DNA of 64,000 bases from Eledone cirrhosa. Lineage: Eukaryota. The position numbers were made by a program, and so were the translations under genes. The notes below the pieces were generated by a model. That model was not told where the DNA came from and ran no database searches. It worked only from the letters and a program-made list of their open reading frames with translations. Of this stretch, positions 1-11,939 are shown piece after piece. Position 1 is the stretch's first letter; every line of letters begins with the position of its first letter. The DNA lies in assembly GCA_964016885.1 (NCBI GenBank), contig OZ024741.1, positions 19,530,001-19,594,000 on the forward strand. The letters are read 5' to 3'.

Positions 1-3000
1 GTCTGGAGACTTTTCTAGGGACGTCCCGCTCCTTGCTATTAGTGGGGGACTGGAATGGTATCCTAGATGCACGCTGGGACTACGTAGGGGCCTGCCCTGA
101 TAGAGAGGGGTGTAATAGCCTCAAAGGGTTAATCGGTCGATTTGACCTGGCCGATAGATATCGACTAGATTTTCCGACTGCGCCAACCTGGACTTGGGCA
201 AATCGTAGCGGATCATCTAGGTCGTACCTAGATAGGTTCTTAGTTAGAATTAAGGATAAGGACTTTTTAAGTTGTCCAAAAATGCGCATGGTTGGCTATT
301 CAGACCACAAATTAGTGACCTGCATGGTCAACCTTGACAGAACTCATAGACAGGGTCCCGGTTACTGGAAGCTCAACTTGTCCTTGCCGGCAAGTAGAGC
401 CTACAGGAATCGGATTAGTACGTTAGTTAAGGAACGGTTGACTGGAGCGATCGTCAACAGCAGGTGGTGGGTATCTCTAAAGAGAGAGATTAGAGTAGTC
501 TCGATAGAATTTAGTAAGGTTCTAGCTGCGGATAGGAATAGGAAGGAAAGGGAGCTAATAGATAGAGTAGAAGAGGCAATTAGAAGCGGCGACGTGGCCA
601 GAGTGCTAGCGTCGAGAACGGCTTTGAGCCAGTTTTTCGACGCGAAGCACGAAGGCTGCGTTGTCCGAAGTAAAATACGTGCTCTAGGGAACGAGGGGAC
701 CAAAGCTGTTAGCTGGGCCCGCGTGACAGAGGCCAACAGTGGAACTAAATCCACCATCCGGTCTTTGCGAGACCTGGATGGACGGGCGATTCTTGAGCCT
801 AAGCAGATGTGTGAGGCCTTTCAAAGGCACTTTGCCCGACTGTTCGGGAGGGGCGGGGAGCCGGTTGGGAACGTGGACTTCGGTCCATACCTCGACGGCC
901 TGCCGCGCCTCTCGGACAGGGAGGCGAAGTCCTGCGAGGAGCCGATTTCGGCCGCTGAGATAGAGGACGTGCTGAGCCAATGCGGCAAACGCAAATCCCC
1001 GGGTATCGATGGTCTTCCTTACGAATTATATCTAGCTATGCCGGACTTGTTCCCCGATCTCCTCGAGGCGGTCTACTGCAACTGGCAACAGAACGGGAGA
1101 ATTCCCTGTACTGTGACCAAGGGCGTAGTCACGCTAGTGAGGAAGGACGAGAACAAGGGGGACGAAATAAGTAACTTCAGGCCCATAACACTGCTAAATA
1201 CAGAGTTACAGATTTTGGCCAAGGTGCTAGCAAAGAGGTTGGCGCTTGTCGTGGGCAACCTGGTGGGAGATGCGCAGACATGCGCTATCCCGTCCAGGTC
1301 CATCCATGACAACCTCCACCTCATGCGATACATCATAGAGAGGGTTGGGAACGAACCCGGCTTTGGTGGGGCTCTGATCAACTTGGATCAATCTAAGGCG
1401 TTCGATAGGGTCGACCATGGTTACCTGGATGCGGTGCTAGCGGCGGCAGGCTTCGGACCCGTTTTCAGGGGCTGGATCACTGCTATGCACAGCAGCCGCA
1501 TCTGCTCTAGGGTCAAGGTGAACGGCTACCTCTCGGAGCCGTTCAAAATCGCGCGGTCCATCCGACAAGGGTGCCCTCTCTCCTCCCTTCTGTATGTGTT
1601 GACTCTCGAGCCACTACTGCGGAAGTTGGAGTTGTTGCAGGGCATCCCTTTGGAACCGGGATTGCGGAAAGCGGTGTCGGCCTACGCCGATGACGTGACA
1701 GTAATGGTGTCGACAGCCTCCGAAATCGAGGCGGTCGGCACCTTACTGGAGGAGTACGAAAAGTTCACAGGGGCTAAGCTGAACCGGGACAAGTCGATCG
1801 GTTTGCAACTCGGCACGTGGAGGGGCAGACCGATGCCCTCCGATGGCGTCGTCGGACGCTGGACGGAGGGCCCGGTGAAGTTGCTCGGGGTCTGGTTCGG
1901 ACCGGACCTCCAGGTGGAGAAAAACTGGGCGGAGGTTACGAACAGGGTGTTTGCACTGACCCAGAAGTGGGCCAGTTGCAAACTATCCCTGAAAGGTCGG
2001 GCGGAGGTGGCGAACACCTACATAGCGTCCGTCATCTACTACCGCCTGACCGTAGTGCCCTGCCCAAGGGAAACCCTCACCAAGATGGAGCGCGCGCTCT
2101 TCCAATTCCTTTGGAAGAGGCGGGCTCCTATGGTGAGGAGATCCATCTGCTGTCAACACCCTTCGAAAGGAGGGCTGGGGATGCCGTGGCTAATGATGCG
2201 TAAACACGCATTAAGGCTACGGCACCTCTACGTATTCCTCACCGGACAACCGGTGTGGGCCTCGTTTGTGAGACGAACCTTTCCCAGACTCGTCTCACTC
2301 ACCGAGCTGCAATCCTGGGTCAAGCAAAGACCGAGAAAACTGGGCGCCTGGCACACTGAGTGTGCCCAGGCGCTCACCGCCCTCTGGCAGGCGGATCCGG
2401 TTATCAGTGGAGACTCCACCGCAACATTCTATAGAGGGCTGGTACGCAGCAGGTGCGACGACGCCCTCGGAGAAGCCCTAGACATGGAGGAGGACGAACT
2501 GGCCAGCCTGTTCGGTAGGACATTCAGCCCGGGACCTATGGACAACTTCCAGAAGTCCCTGGCCTGGCAGTGCTACCGAGGGGCTTTACCCGTTCGAGAA
2601 AGGCTCTACAGACACGGGCGCCCGGGTAGGGACCCCGCCAAAAAGATCTGTCCCAGATGCGTGTGCGACGAGGAAACCGTTGCACACGCATTGGTACACT
2701 GCTCGGGCGTAGCCGATCTGTGGGGCTATGTCGAACAACTGCTGTCAAGGGTGGGACCGATCCGGTTGACCACCGAGTCTATTGTAATGATCAAGCCGCC
2801 TCCCCCCTTCAAAGATGAAGCAGAGGCGGTGTTTCTGTGCGTAATAGCCATGGCGAAAGAGGTTGTATGGTGGACGCGTCTGAAAGGACTGAGGTCAGGC
2901 ACCTTTCTCTCTGGCCAACAACTGGTCCGTTTCTTCCGATATCATTTCGGAAGAAGGATCAGGATGGAGAGAGAGGTGCTGCACCCCAGTCGTTTTTATG

Positions 3001-3328
3001 AAAGGTGGGTGAAAGTGGCGAGAATGGCCCGTGTGAATGGGCCTTCTCTTTACATCAGACTATAGGTGAGGAAGATGAAAGACCAAGGGAGCACCCCTTC
3101 TCTGTGCTCCTGAGGAGAAGGGTTGCACACTTTTTTCGGGGGTGTGTGCGACCCCCCAAGGCGCCTCCTCTCTATTGAGGATTTTGTTAAAAATTTTATT
3201 TTTTGTTATATCTTATTTTATTTTTATATTTTGTTATTGCCTCCTCCTTATTGAGGACGCCTTTTTGTGTAAACTCCCCCCTTTGTACTTGTCCCACTTT
3301 TGATGCCCTAGTGGCAAATAAAAGAAAC
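1..3328 (+). mobile_element. Tx1-like LINE copy 1 (ORF2 plus 3' UTR), ending AATAAAAGAAAC then (TATC)n
   Basis: ORF2 and an ~260-nt 3' UTR near-identical to the minus-strand copies at 48080-53177. Confidence 0.93.
33..3065 (+). CDS. ORF2 of an L1/Tx1-clade non-LTR retrotransposon (APE endonuclease C-terminal part, RT, Cys/His knuckle); N-terminus lies upstream of the window
   Basis: APE motifs GDWN, SYLDR, SDH; RT motifs KSPGIDG, NFRPITLLN, DQSKAFDRV, IRQGCPLS, YADD; C-terminal CPRC..ETVAHALVHC. Open for 1010 aa. Confidence 0.95.
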   Translation: MLLVGDWNGILDARWDYVGACPDREGCNSLKGLIGRFDLADRYRLDFPTAPTWTWANRSGSSRSYLDRFLVRIKDKDFLSCPKMRMVGYSDHKLVTCMVNLDRTHRQGPGYWKLNLSLPASRAYRNRISTLVKERLTGAIVNSRWWVSLKREIRVVSIEFSKVLAADRNRKERELIDRVEEAIRSGDVARVLASRTALSQFFDAKHEGCVVRSKIRALGNEGTKAVSWARVTEANSGTKSTIRSLRDLDGRAILEPKQMCEAFQRHFARLFGRGGEPVGNVDFGPYLDGLPRLSDREAKSCEEPISAAEIEDVLSQCGKRKSPGIDGLPYELYLAMPDLFPDLLEAVYCNWQQNGRIPCTVTKGVVTLVRKDENKGDEISNFRPITLLNTELQILAKVLAKRLALVVGNLVGDAQTCAIPSRSIHDNLHLMRYIIERVGNEPGFGGALINLDQSKAFDRVDHGYLDAVLAAAGFGPVFRGWITAMHSSRICSRVKVNGYLSEPFKIARSIRQGCPLSSLLYVLTLEPLLRKLELLQGIPLEPGLRKAVSAYADDVTVMVSTASEIEAVGTLLEEYEKFTGAKLNRDKSIGLQLGTWRGRPMPSDGVVGRWTEGPVKLLGVWFGPDLQVEKNWAEVTNRVFALTQKWASCKLSLKGRAEVANTYIASVIYYRLTVVPCPRETLTKMERALFQFLWKRRAPMVRRSICCQHPSKGGLGMPWLMMRKHALRLRHLYVFLTGQPVWASFVRRTFPRLVSLTELQSWVKQRPRKLGAWHTECAQALTALWQADPVISGDSTATFYRGLVRSRCDDALGEALDMEEDELASLFGRTFSPGPMDNFQKSLAWQCYRGALPVRERLYRHGRPGRDPAKKICPRCVCDEETVAHALVHCSGVADLWGYVEQLLSRVGPIRLTTESIVMIKPPPPFKDEAEAVFLCVIAMAKEVVWWTRLKGLRSGTFLSGQQLVRFFRYHFGRRIRMEREVLHPSRFYERWVKVARMARVNGPSLYIRL

Positions 3329-3388
<60 letters not shown>

Positions 3389-3413
3389 GTATCTATCTAT
3401 CTATCTATCTATC

Positions 3414-3893
3414 TTTCTCTCTGGCCAACAACTGGTCCGTTTCTTCCGATATCATTTCGGAAGAAGGATCAGGATGGAGAGAGAGGTGCTGCACCCCAGT
3501 CGTTTTTATGAAAGGTGGGTGAAAGTGGCGAGAATGGCCCGTGTGAATGGGCCTTCTCTTTACATAAGCCTGTAGGTGGAAAAGAGGAAGGAACGAGGGA
3601 GCACCCCCTCTCTGTGCTCCTGGGGAAAAGGGTTGCACACTTTTTTCGGGGGTGTGTGCGACCCCCCAAGGCGCCTCCTCTCTATTGAGGATTTTGTTAT
3701 AAATTTTATTTTTTGTTATATTTTATAACAAAATCCTCTATTGAGGATTTTGTTATAATTCTATTTTTTGTTATATTTTATTTTATTTTTATATATTGTT
3801 ATTGCCTCCTCCCTATTGAGGACGCCTTGTTTTGTAAACTCCCCCCATTGTACTTGTCCCACTTTTGATGCCCTTGTGGCAAATAAAAGAAAC
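3414..3893 (+). mobile_element. Tx1-like LINE copy 2, heavily 5'-truncated, with a variant 3' UTR
   Basis: Repeats copy 1 from ~2903 onward; (TATC)n on both sides. Confidence 0.92.
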
Positions 3894-3916
3894 ATATCTA
3901 TCTATCTATCTATCTA

Positions 3917-3947
<31 letters not shown>

Positions 3948-4309
3948 ATATCTATCTATCTATCTATCTACCTCCCTATCTACCTCTCTATCTATCCAAT
4001 AAACACTACTATCAGGCTCCTACTGCATACTCTCAATCTAATTTACACTAAACATATTAAGCACTAAATTATCCAATCAAAACCCAATTTCCTTTTTATC
4101 TTCAACACTTTCGTCTATTTTGATATCTACTGAGTTCTCATCCAGCCACTTTCTCTTATCTCCTCTCCCTTCTCGTCTCTCATCTGTTCCCTTTCAGATA
4201 ACAGAGGAGAGATAAGTTAAAGATGGTGAGATAAATATATATATTCAACACTAAATTAGAGATCTAGAAATGTCAGATACAATTTAAGTGTATTGTTTGA
4301 CTACATAAT

Positions 4310-5045
4310 AACCAGCCAGCCAACCAACCAGCTACCCAGCCGGCCAACCAACCAGCCAACCAACCAGCTATCCAGCCAGCGAACCAGCCAGCCAACCAAC
4401 TTCCAGCCAGCCAACCAACCAGCTACCAGCCAGCCAACCAACCAACCAACCAACCAGCCAACCAGCCAGTCAGCCAGCAAACCAACCAGCTTGCCAGCCT
4501 GCCAGCCAGCCAACCAACCAACCAGCCAGCTAGCCAACCAACCAACCAACCAGCCAACCAACCAGCCAACCAGCCAGTCAGCCAGCAAAACAACCAGCTT
4601 GCCAGCCAGCCAGCCAACCAACCAACCAACCAGCCAGCTAGCCAACCAACCAACCAGCCAAACAACCAACCAGCCAGCCAACCAACCAACCAACCAGCCA
4701 ACCAACCAACCAACCAACCAACGAACCAGCCAGCCAGCCAATCAACCAACCAACCAGCCAACTAACTAGCCAACCTTCCAACTTGCCAACCACCTACCCA
4801 GCCAGTCAGTCAAATAACCAGCCAACCAACCAGCCAGTCAGTCAACCAACCAGCCAGCCAACCAGCCAATCAACAAACTAACCAGCCAACCAACCAACCA
4901 ACCAACCAACCAACCAACCAACCAACCAACCAACCAACCAACCAACCAACCAGCCAGCCAACCAACCGACCAGACAACCAACCAACTTGCCAACCACCTA
5001 CCCAGCCAGTCAGTCAACCAACCAGCCAACCAGCCAGCCAGCCAG
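4310..5045. repeat. Degenerate (CCAA/CCAG)n tetranucleotide satellite
   Basis: Direct reading; it generates the QPTN and WLVG pseudo-ORFs. Confidence 0.95.
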
Positions 5046-5269
5046 CACGTTCAATCCTGGACAAGAGAGTTTATTGCCATTCATTTGAGTTTAAAAGAAC
5101 CTGGTTTGTCAGACATTGTGTAACGTTGAATTTTCCTTAAAACGACTTCGACTTTAAGGGTACTCATGTCTTTAGAATGCTTGGCCACTTGCATATTAAT
5201 TTCATTAGCAGGTTGTTCCGTTGCTCGAACAACTGACACAATAGAGGTTTAAACACCCATACACACACC

Positions 5270-5362
<93 letters not shown>

Positions 5363-5479
5363 ACACACAGCCATACATATATATACATATTGAGAGAGGG
5401 AGAGAGATTTATGTATGTTTATTATATATACACATTTTGCATATGCTTCCATATATACCTCTTATAGATCATGCTGTAT

Positions 5480-5535
<56 letters not shown>

Positions 5536-5703
5536 TATATGTGTGTGTGTGTGCATATGTGTGTGTGAATATATATATATATATATAGTTTCGTTGACAA
5601 ATTTATCAATATGCCTAGACACGCAGATATATTGCCCTTGGTATGACAGTGTGGTTTTAGCTCAATGTAGGATAACTAGTATACTACAGAGCCGTTATAA
5701 GTT

Positions 5704-5978
5704 TAGGAATAACCAAAGAGTGCTTAGAAATACATTGTTTTATTAGCTAATAGTGTTTCATCCATACACCATGGCAGGAATCATCAGAGCCTATAAACAA
5801 GAGTATATCAATAGTTGCATGCTCCATCGAGCTGCGTTCTGGTGACGCAGCTCGATGGAGCATGCAACTATTGATATACTCTTGTTTATAGGCTCTGATG
5901 ATTCCTGCCATGGTGAATGGATGAAACACTATTAGCTAATAAAACAATGTATTTCTAAGCACTCTTTGGTTATTCCTA
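5704..5978. repeat. ~275-bp fold-back palindrome (apex ~5841) carrying a hammerhead-like motif at ~5892-5937
   Basis: Arms are near-perfect reverse complements; gct CTGATGA ttcc..ggat GAAA c..agc. Confidence 0.85.
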
Positions 5979-6297
5979 TAACTATATATATATATATGTA
6001 TGTATACGTATTGCCTATATCAACATAGTGTTATTCAAAGATGGCTGTTAGCCAATAACTGGAATCATAATAGTAAAAGCATGTACGTCTATGTATGTAT
6101 GTATGTATGTATGTATGTATGTATGTATGTATGTATGTATGTATGTATGTATGTATGTATGTATGTATGTATGTATGTATGCATGTATGTATATATGTAT
6201 GTATGTATATATGTATATATGTATATATGCATGCATGTGTGTGTATGTGTGTATGCAGAATTAATCATGCAATTTTCTCTCTCTCTCTCTCACTCAC

Positions 6298-6423
<126 letters not shown>

Positions 6424-7470
6424 AAGAGTGAGAAAAAAGGGAGACAGAAAAGGGGAGAGAGAAGGAGAGGGAGGGAAGGAGAGAGAGTGAGAGAGAAAGG
6501 GGGGTGAAAGAGGAAGAGAGAGCGAGGGGGAGAGAGACAGAAGCAGAGAAAGACGGAGTGAAATGAAATGTTTACATAAGCGTCTTAGTTAATGGTTGGT
6601 TGTGAATGGACAGTGAGAGAGACTGAAGTTTAGGGAAGGAGATAATTTCAAGATGTTCATGTCTCTATATTTTGTTTGCCAACGATGTTTATAACATATG
6701 TGATGTTAATGGAAGATACACTAATATTGCATTGAAATAGAAACCTGATCAAACGCTCCCAATATGTATATTTATATTGTACTGCACAACTATACATTAT
6801 TATATACATGTATAATGAACTAATGCGGAACTTACATCTCTTGTATCCTTGCTGTAGATTCACAGTTGTACCTATTAGCATAAACTCTGCTATGTAATTA
6901 GAGATTAGAATTAAAGTCTGGGAACAAAAACGTTTTGTTAGGTTAAACATACAGAAAAATAAAGCAGTATTAGAAAGGACTATAAATGCCATAATCAGAC
7001 TTGTCAACTCTCCCTGTCCGACGGGGAGATCTCTCACCCACTTTGGGGTGGGTGAGAGATGTTTTATCTTGTGAAAATGGGTATAGCTTCCCTGTTTTGG
7101 GACACTTTGTTTCAAGGTACTCCCCGTTGGGGTGTTGGCAGGTCTCCATAATTGAGAGGTAAAAGAGGTGAAGAATAAAGATTACCAGACAAAGGAAAAA
7201 AGACAGGGTGAAGGGAAGAGGGTGACAGACACAATACATAGGTCAGAGCAGTGTTTCGGCTACACCCCGCAGAAAAAATGGCAAAAGTATTTCCGTGGAC
7301 AATAGCCAGTGACTCACACTGCAACAGCCAGCCCACCTTGCGGGTTTCCATCCTCAGATGGGCTGCTATCGACCCGATTTTACAGAGGAGGTCAGCAATT
7401 TGGGGTCTGAGGACGCCTGAGGTCTCGGCGCGACCGGTGAAAAAAGGAGAAACTTGTATCCACCCAATGC

Positions 7471-7545
<75 letters not shown>

Positions 7546-7832
7546 CAAATAACGAAACGAAATTAAATTTCGTTTCGCTTCTAACTCACTTTTGTATGAC
7601 TGACGCTTAAACAATTAAGTTAAAGTGTACATCTACATATGTATACGGAAGTACTAGTATGCATATAAATACACACATGTATACATATGTACATGTACTG
7701 AGTTTTTCACTAGACACTTTACAGTGAGTGTCCAGCTAGTCTGTATGTAACCACACAGACGGACCGGGTTTTAGAGTCATACGAGTTTTCAAGGAAACAC
7801 ATTTCCTCTATTCTCCAGAGAGCCAGACAGGA

Positions 7833-7875
7833 ATATTGGACTAGTTTCGATGTTATTACATCTCATCAGCAATAT
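7833..7875 (-). ncRNA. Minimal type I hammerhead ribozyme (inverted copy)
   Basis: Reverse complement of 8080-8122. Confidence 0.85.
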
Positions 7876-8079
7876 ATACCCATCTTCCGGCTTCTCTAGA
7901 GAATTGTAAAAGCACATATCGTTATATTCTTTTTCTATGAAAATTAGTAGTGGGTAGACTAATTTGCATAGAACGTGAGTCATTGTACGCACCGGTTCTA
8001 CCCACTACTAATTTTCATAGAAAAAGCATATAACGATATGTGTTTTTACAATTCTCTAGAGAAGCCGGAAGATGGGTAT

Positions 8080-8122
8080 ATATTGCTGATGAGATGTAAT
8101 AACATCGAAACTAGTCCAATAT
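8080..8122 (+). ncRNA. Minimal type I hammerhead ribozyme
   Basis: atattg CTGATGA gatg taataa catc GAAA c ta GTC caatat: stem I 6 bp, stem II 4 bp, palindromic ACTAGT stem III, GUC cleavage site. Confidence 0.9.
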
Positions 8123-8549
8123 TCCTGTCTGGCTCTCTGGAGAATAGAGGAAATGTGTTTCCTTGAAAACTCGTATGACTCTAAAACCCGGTCCGTCTGT
8201 GTGGTTACATACAGACTAGCTGGACACTCACTGTAAAGTGTCTAGTGAAAAACACAGTACATGTACATATGTATACATGTGTGTATTTATATGCATACTA
8301 GTACTTCCGTATACATATGTAGATGTACACTTTAACTTAATTGTTTAAGCGTCAGTCATACAAAAGTGAGTTAGAAGCGAAACGAAATTTAATTTCGTTT
8401 CGTTATTTGTTTTTATCGTTTCCGCTGAACCGGTGCGTACAATGACTCACGTTCTATGCAAATTAGTCTACCCACTACTAATTTTCATAGAAAAAGCATA
8501 TAACGATATGTGCTTTTACAATTCTCTAGAGAAGCCGGAAGATGGGTAT

Positions 8550-8592
8550 ATATTGCTGATGAGATGTAATAACATCGAAACTAGTCCAATAT
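8550..8592 (+). ncRNA. Minimal type I hammerhead ribozyme (tandem copy)
   Basis: Identical to 8080-8122. Confidence 0.9.
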
Positions 8593-8813
8593 TCCTGTCT
8601 GGCTCTCTAGAGAATAGAGGAAATGTGTTTCCTTGAAAACTCGTATGACTCTAAAACCCGGTCCGCCTGTGTGGTTACATACAGACTAGCTGGACACTCA
8701 CTGTAAAGTGTCTAGTGAAAAACTCAGTACATGTACATATGTATACATGTGTGTATTTATATGCATACTAGTACTTCCGTATACATATGTAGATGTACAC
8801 TTTAACTTAATTG

Positions 8814-8862
<49 letters not shown>

Positions 8863-8865
<3 letters not shown>

Positions 8866-10615
8866 ATAATAATAAATTTGAAGACTAAAATCCAAAGAGG
8901 GCTCGATAAGGATAAATATATATCAAATATATAAGAACCGTAGAGCAAATATTTATTAAAATAACAGATTAAAGTTTAAGCAAAGAATCGCTGCTTTCAC
9001 CCTTAACGGGATCTTCTGAAACTAACAAATTTTTAATAGAAATACTATTAAAATGTCTTACTCTACGACTCCTAACCTTGCACATAACATCACAGCTTCA
9101 AATTTAGCTAAACTACCTAGCCGTAGGAACACATGCAACCCTATAGTTAGTACTAACTGTAATTGTAGGAATCGGGTTGATTGCCCCCTATCCGGGAAAT
9201 GCCTCTCTAGTAACATTGTCTACAAATGTAAGGTTGTAACACCCACGTCCCGTAGGGCCTACATAGGGTTAACCGCCAATAGATTCAAGCAGCGTCTTTA
9301 CACGCATACCCATTCTTTTCGTTACCCTCTAAGAAGGAATATGACGTCACTTTCAGCTTATATCTGGAGTCTAAAAGACAACCACACCCAATATAAGTTA
9401 CACTGGGAGATCCTAGCTAGGGCTAGATCGTATAACGGAAATAAAAGACCATGTGACCTCTGCGCCGCTGAGGCCCTGGAAATACTCTACGCCACAGACC
9501 ACATCTTAAACAAAAAATCTGAGGCAATTTGGGCTTGTAAACATAAATTGCACAAAACTTTCCTGTATTACAGCCCCACGTTATACCCTAATGGATAGTA
9601 CGATCTATACGTGGATATTTTACGTCTTGATGTGGGAGCTAAGTATATGTTTTGTTTATACCATTACTTATTTGCATAGGTAAGTATATATTACCCGTAT
9701 GTTTCGTGAAGGTACATAAACCTTCTCGCACGTATATTTGATTGTTTATGTTATGGCGTAAAATTTTTTTTTTTTTATTATTCTGGTACATATGGTTTGG
9801 CTATGTGTATACGGGAGTTTTGCGTCTGTGTGAGTATGCAAGTTCGTACGTATGTAGAGTGTGTGTATATGTGTACTTCATGTTTGGGTTGACTTACGTC
9901 TCCGAACATTCGTGTATTTACATGTAGGTATGTATGTGCGCTTGTTATATACGTATTTATTTATTTATATACGTTTATAAAATTATTTATTTATTTATTT
10001 GTATACACGCATACACACAAACACATATTTATATGTGCGTGGTTTTGTATACCTATGGTAAGTGTTTTGCGTATGCTTGTGTATGTACGTATTTGTTTGC
10101 GGGTATGTATTTATTTATTTCTATTACTTCTGTATTGTATTTATTTACTTTGTTCTTAACTCTGTAGCGAAGATTCATTCGGTCTCCTAGTTAGAATTTT
10201 AGTCTACGACTTCTGCTATACCATTTACGTGGTTTTGTCTTTGCGTGCTATTGTTCTCCACGCTCCACATATGACGTATTATCCTCGTTTTTTTTCGTTC
10301 ATTGCCAGAGAACGTCTCTATGAACCACCTAAGAAAACATTAGTCTACGACCTCTTTTATACCATAAACGTGGTTCTGTCTTTGCGCGTAATTGCTTTTC
10401 ACCGCTCCTATTAATGACGTCTCTTATTCGTTTTTTCCCGTTCTTTGCCAGCGAACGTTTCCACAAACCAAAGTATCGTCTTCCTGTCTTCCTCCGGTTG
10501 CAACGTTTTTTGAAATATCCACTTCTGCGTTTACAGATTGACTTTGTTAGTTTCAGAAGATCCCGTTAAGGGTGAAAGCAGCGATTCTTTGCTTAAACTT
10601 TAATCTGTTATTTTA

Positions 10616-10620
<5 letters not shown>
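8863..10620 (+). mobile_element. 5'-truncated Penelope-like element with an inverted 5' pLTR, in (TA)n
   Basis: ~8950-9028 is the reverse complement of ~10543-10622; it encloses a GIY-YIG ORF; (TA)n on both sides. Confidence 0.88.
9053..9598 (+). CDS. C-terminal GIY-YIG endonuclease fragment of a Hydra-type PLE
   Basis: CNCRNRVDCPLSGKC (CxCx5Cx5C), IVY..YIG, FKQR..H..SF, TSLS, WEIL, CDLC..E, LNKKSE..CKH. Confidence 0.88.
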   Translation: MSYSTTPNLAHNITASNLAKLPSRRNTCNPIVSTNCNCRNRVDCPLSGKCLSSNIVYKCKVVTPTSRRAYIGLTANRFKQRLYTHTHSFRYPLRRNMTSLSAYIWSLKDNHTQYKLHWEILARARSYNGNKRPCDLCAAEALEILYATDHILNKKSEAIWACKHKLHKTFLYYSPTLYPNG

Positions 10621-10713
<93 letters not shown>

Positions 10714-10841
10714 GTGAATATAGACATAGAATATTCGAAAATATTCTGTATGTTTATAATAAACATTTTGAAGACCTAATCGCTATAGAATAGAATACGT
10801 CACGTATTACAATTAGATTCTCTATAAAAGCAAGGGAAGTA

Positions 10842-10878
10842 ATCTACGCGTTTCATTCTTGTTAGAAATCTTCAGGAT
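10842..10878 (-). ncRNA. Minimal hammerhead ribozyme
   Basis: Minus strand atc CTGAAGA tttct aaca agaat GAAA cgcg TA gat. Confidence 0.7.
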
Positions 10879-10886
10879 ATTATTCC

Positions 10887-10968
<82 letters not shown>

Positions 10969-10977
10969 ATGTATATA

Positions 10978-11281
10978 TTTCGTTTTTGAATTCGTTTCGC
11001 AAGATTTCTTATCTGAAAACGTGTGTTGAAACAGATATTGTTATACTTTGTGACACAAAAACAAGATGGTGTAGGACAGAACAAAGGAGAGACACAAAAT
11101 AAAAACACAGTCACTGAGGAGATCACAGAATGTGCGACAAAAGGGTTTTGACAATATATAAAACAACCATCTGGTTGTCGAACCAACCAACCAACCGGAA
11201 ATTTATAATACATTGAAGTGAAAACGAACAGGTGCGTGTGTTTTTATTAACACCATGATCCTCCCAAAATATAACAATATA
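10978..11281 (+). mobile_element. Short 3' fragment of the PLE family at 42132-43338, with an inverted 5' tail
   Basis: Homologous to the reverse complement of 42132-42400; 11037-11051 is inverted against the 3' end. Confidence 0.75.
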
Positions 11282-11291
11282 TATATATATA

Positions 11292-11535
11292 AATAATATT
11301 AATAAATGGAAACTATATTTACAAAACCATATTTATTCTATTATATATATTTCAAGGGTACCAAAGTTTTGGTACCCTTGAAATATATATAATAGAATAA
11401 ATATGGTTTTATAAATATAGTTTCCATTTATTAATATCATTTATATTATATTCCAGAAAACTTGTCGAGTGCTTCGAATCAGTTATAAATATATATATTT
11501 GTTGAATTACCAACAAATTAAATATCCTTTTTGCT
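11292..11535. repeat. Asymmetric fold-back of PLE pLTR sequence (same family as 37241-39742 and 40362-42070)
   Basis: Palindrome centred ~11366; shared AATAAATGGAAACTATATTT..TTTCAAGGG motif and shared tail. Confidence 0.8.
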
Positions 11536-11579
11536 TATATATATACATATATATATATACATGTATATAAAGAACCTTT

Positions 11580-11885
11580 TCGGTCATGGCTGACTAGAAG
11601 TTTGCACGTAGAAAGTTCTTTTCCAAGACGAATGCCTGAACAATGTGTTTTATGTAAGACTAGCAGTCACTTGTATTCACGCAACCGATGTTGTCCATTG
11701 AAACGGTAAAGTGAAACACAACTTGGCGTCAGTGACGTCACAGCACATTACCCCAGCTGAGTGGACTGGAGAAACGTGAAAAAATGGGTCTTCCTCACGG
11801 ACATGTCACGTCACCCGGTTCAGGAATCGAACTCACTACATTACAATTACGAGACGAATGCCAGAACCACTATGCCACGGTCCTT
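11580..11885 (-). mobile_element. Old tRNA-derived SINE
   Basis: Minus-strand tRNA-like head with B box GAGTTCGATTCC; body similar to the SINEs at 12445 and 25310. Confidence 0.6.
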
Positions 11886-11939
11886 CAAAACTGGAATATG
11901 ATCTCCTACTTATTATTATTTTGCCAATCTTTGTTTTCA

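Larger units (their letters stand above)
7540..8815. mobile_element. Non-coding PLE-pLTR/retrozyme-like element: one inverted plus ~1.8 tandem copies of a 470-bp unit, flanked by (TA)n
   Basis: Repeat period 470 (8080 vs 8550); inverted arm 7540-7998; a hammerhead in every copy. Confidence 0.88.

Noticed and set aside
80-2748. Short antisense and alternate-frame ORFs inside the LINE
   Set aside because: Expected in GC-rich coding DNA; they recur only because the copies are nearly identical.
4293-5029. QPTN- and WLVG-rich ORFs
   Set aside because: Translations of a CCAA/CCAG satellite. The YI, CV, HT and LS ORFs throughout are likewise microsatellite artefacts.
7789-8636. Three copies of a 63-67 aa ORF
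   Set aside because: Non-ATG starts, no recognisable domain, and overlap with the hammerhead; explained by the repeat unit.
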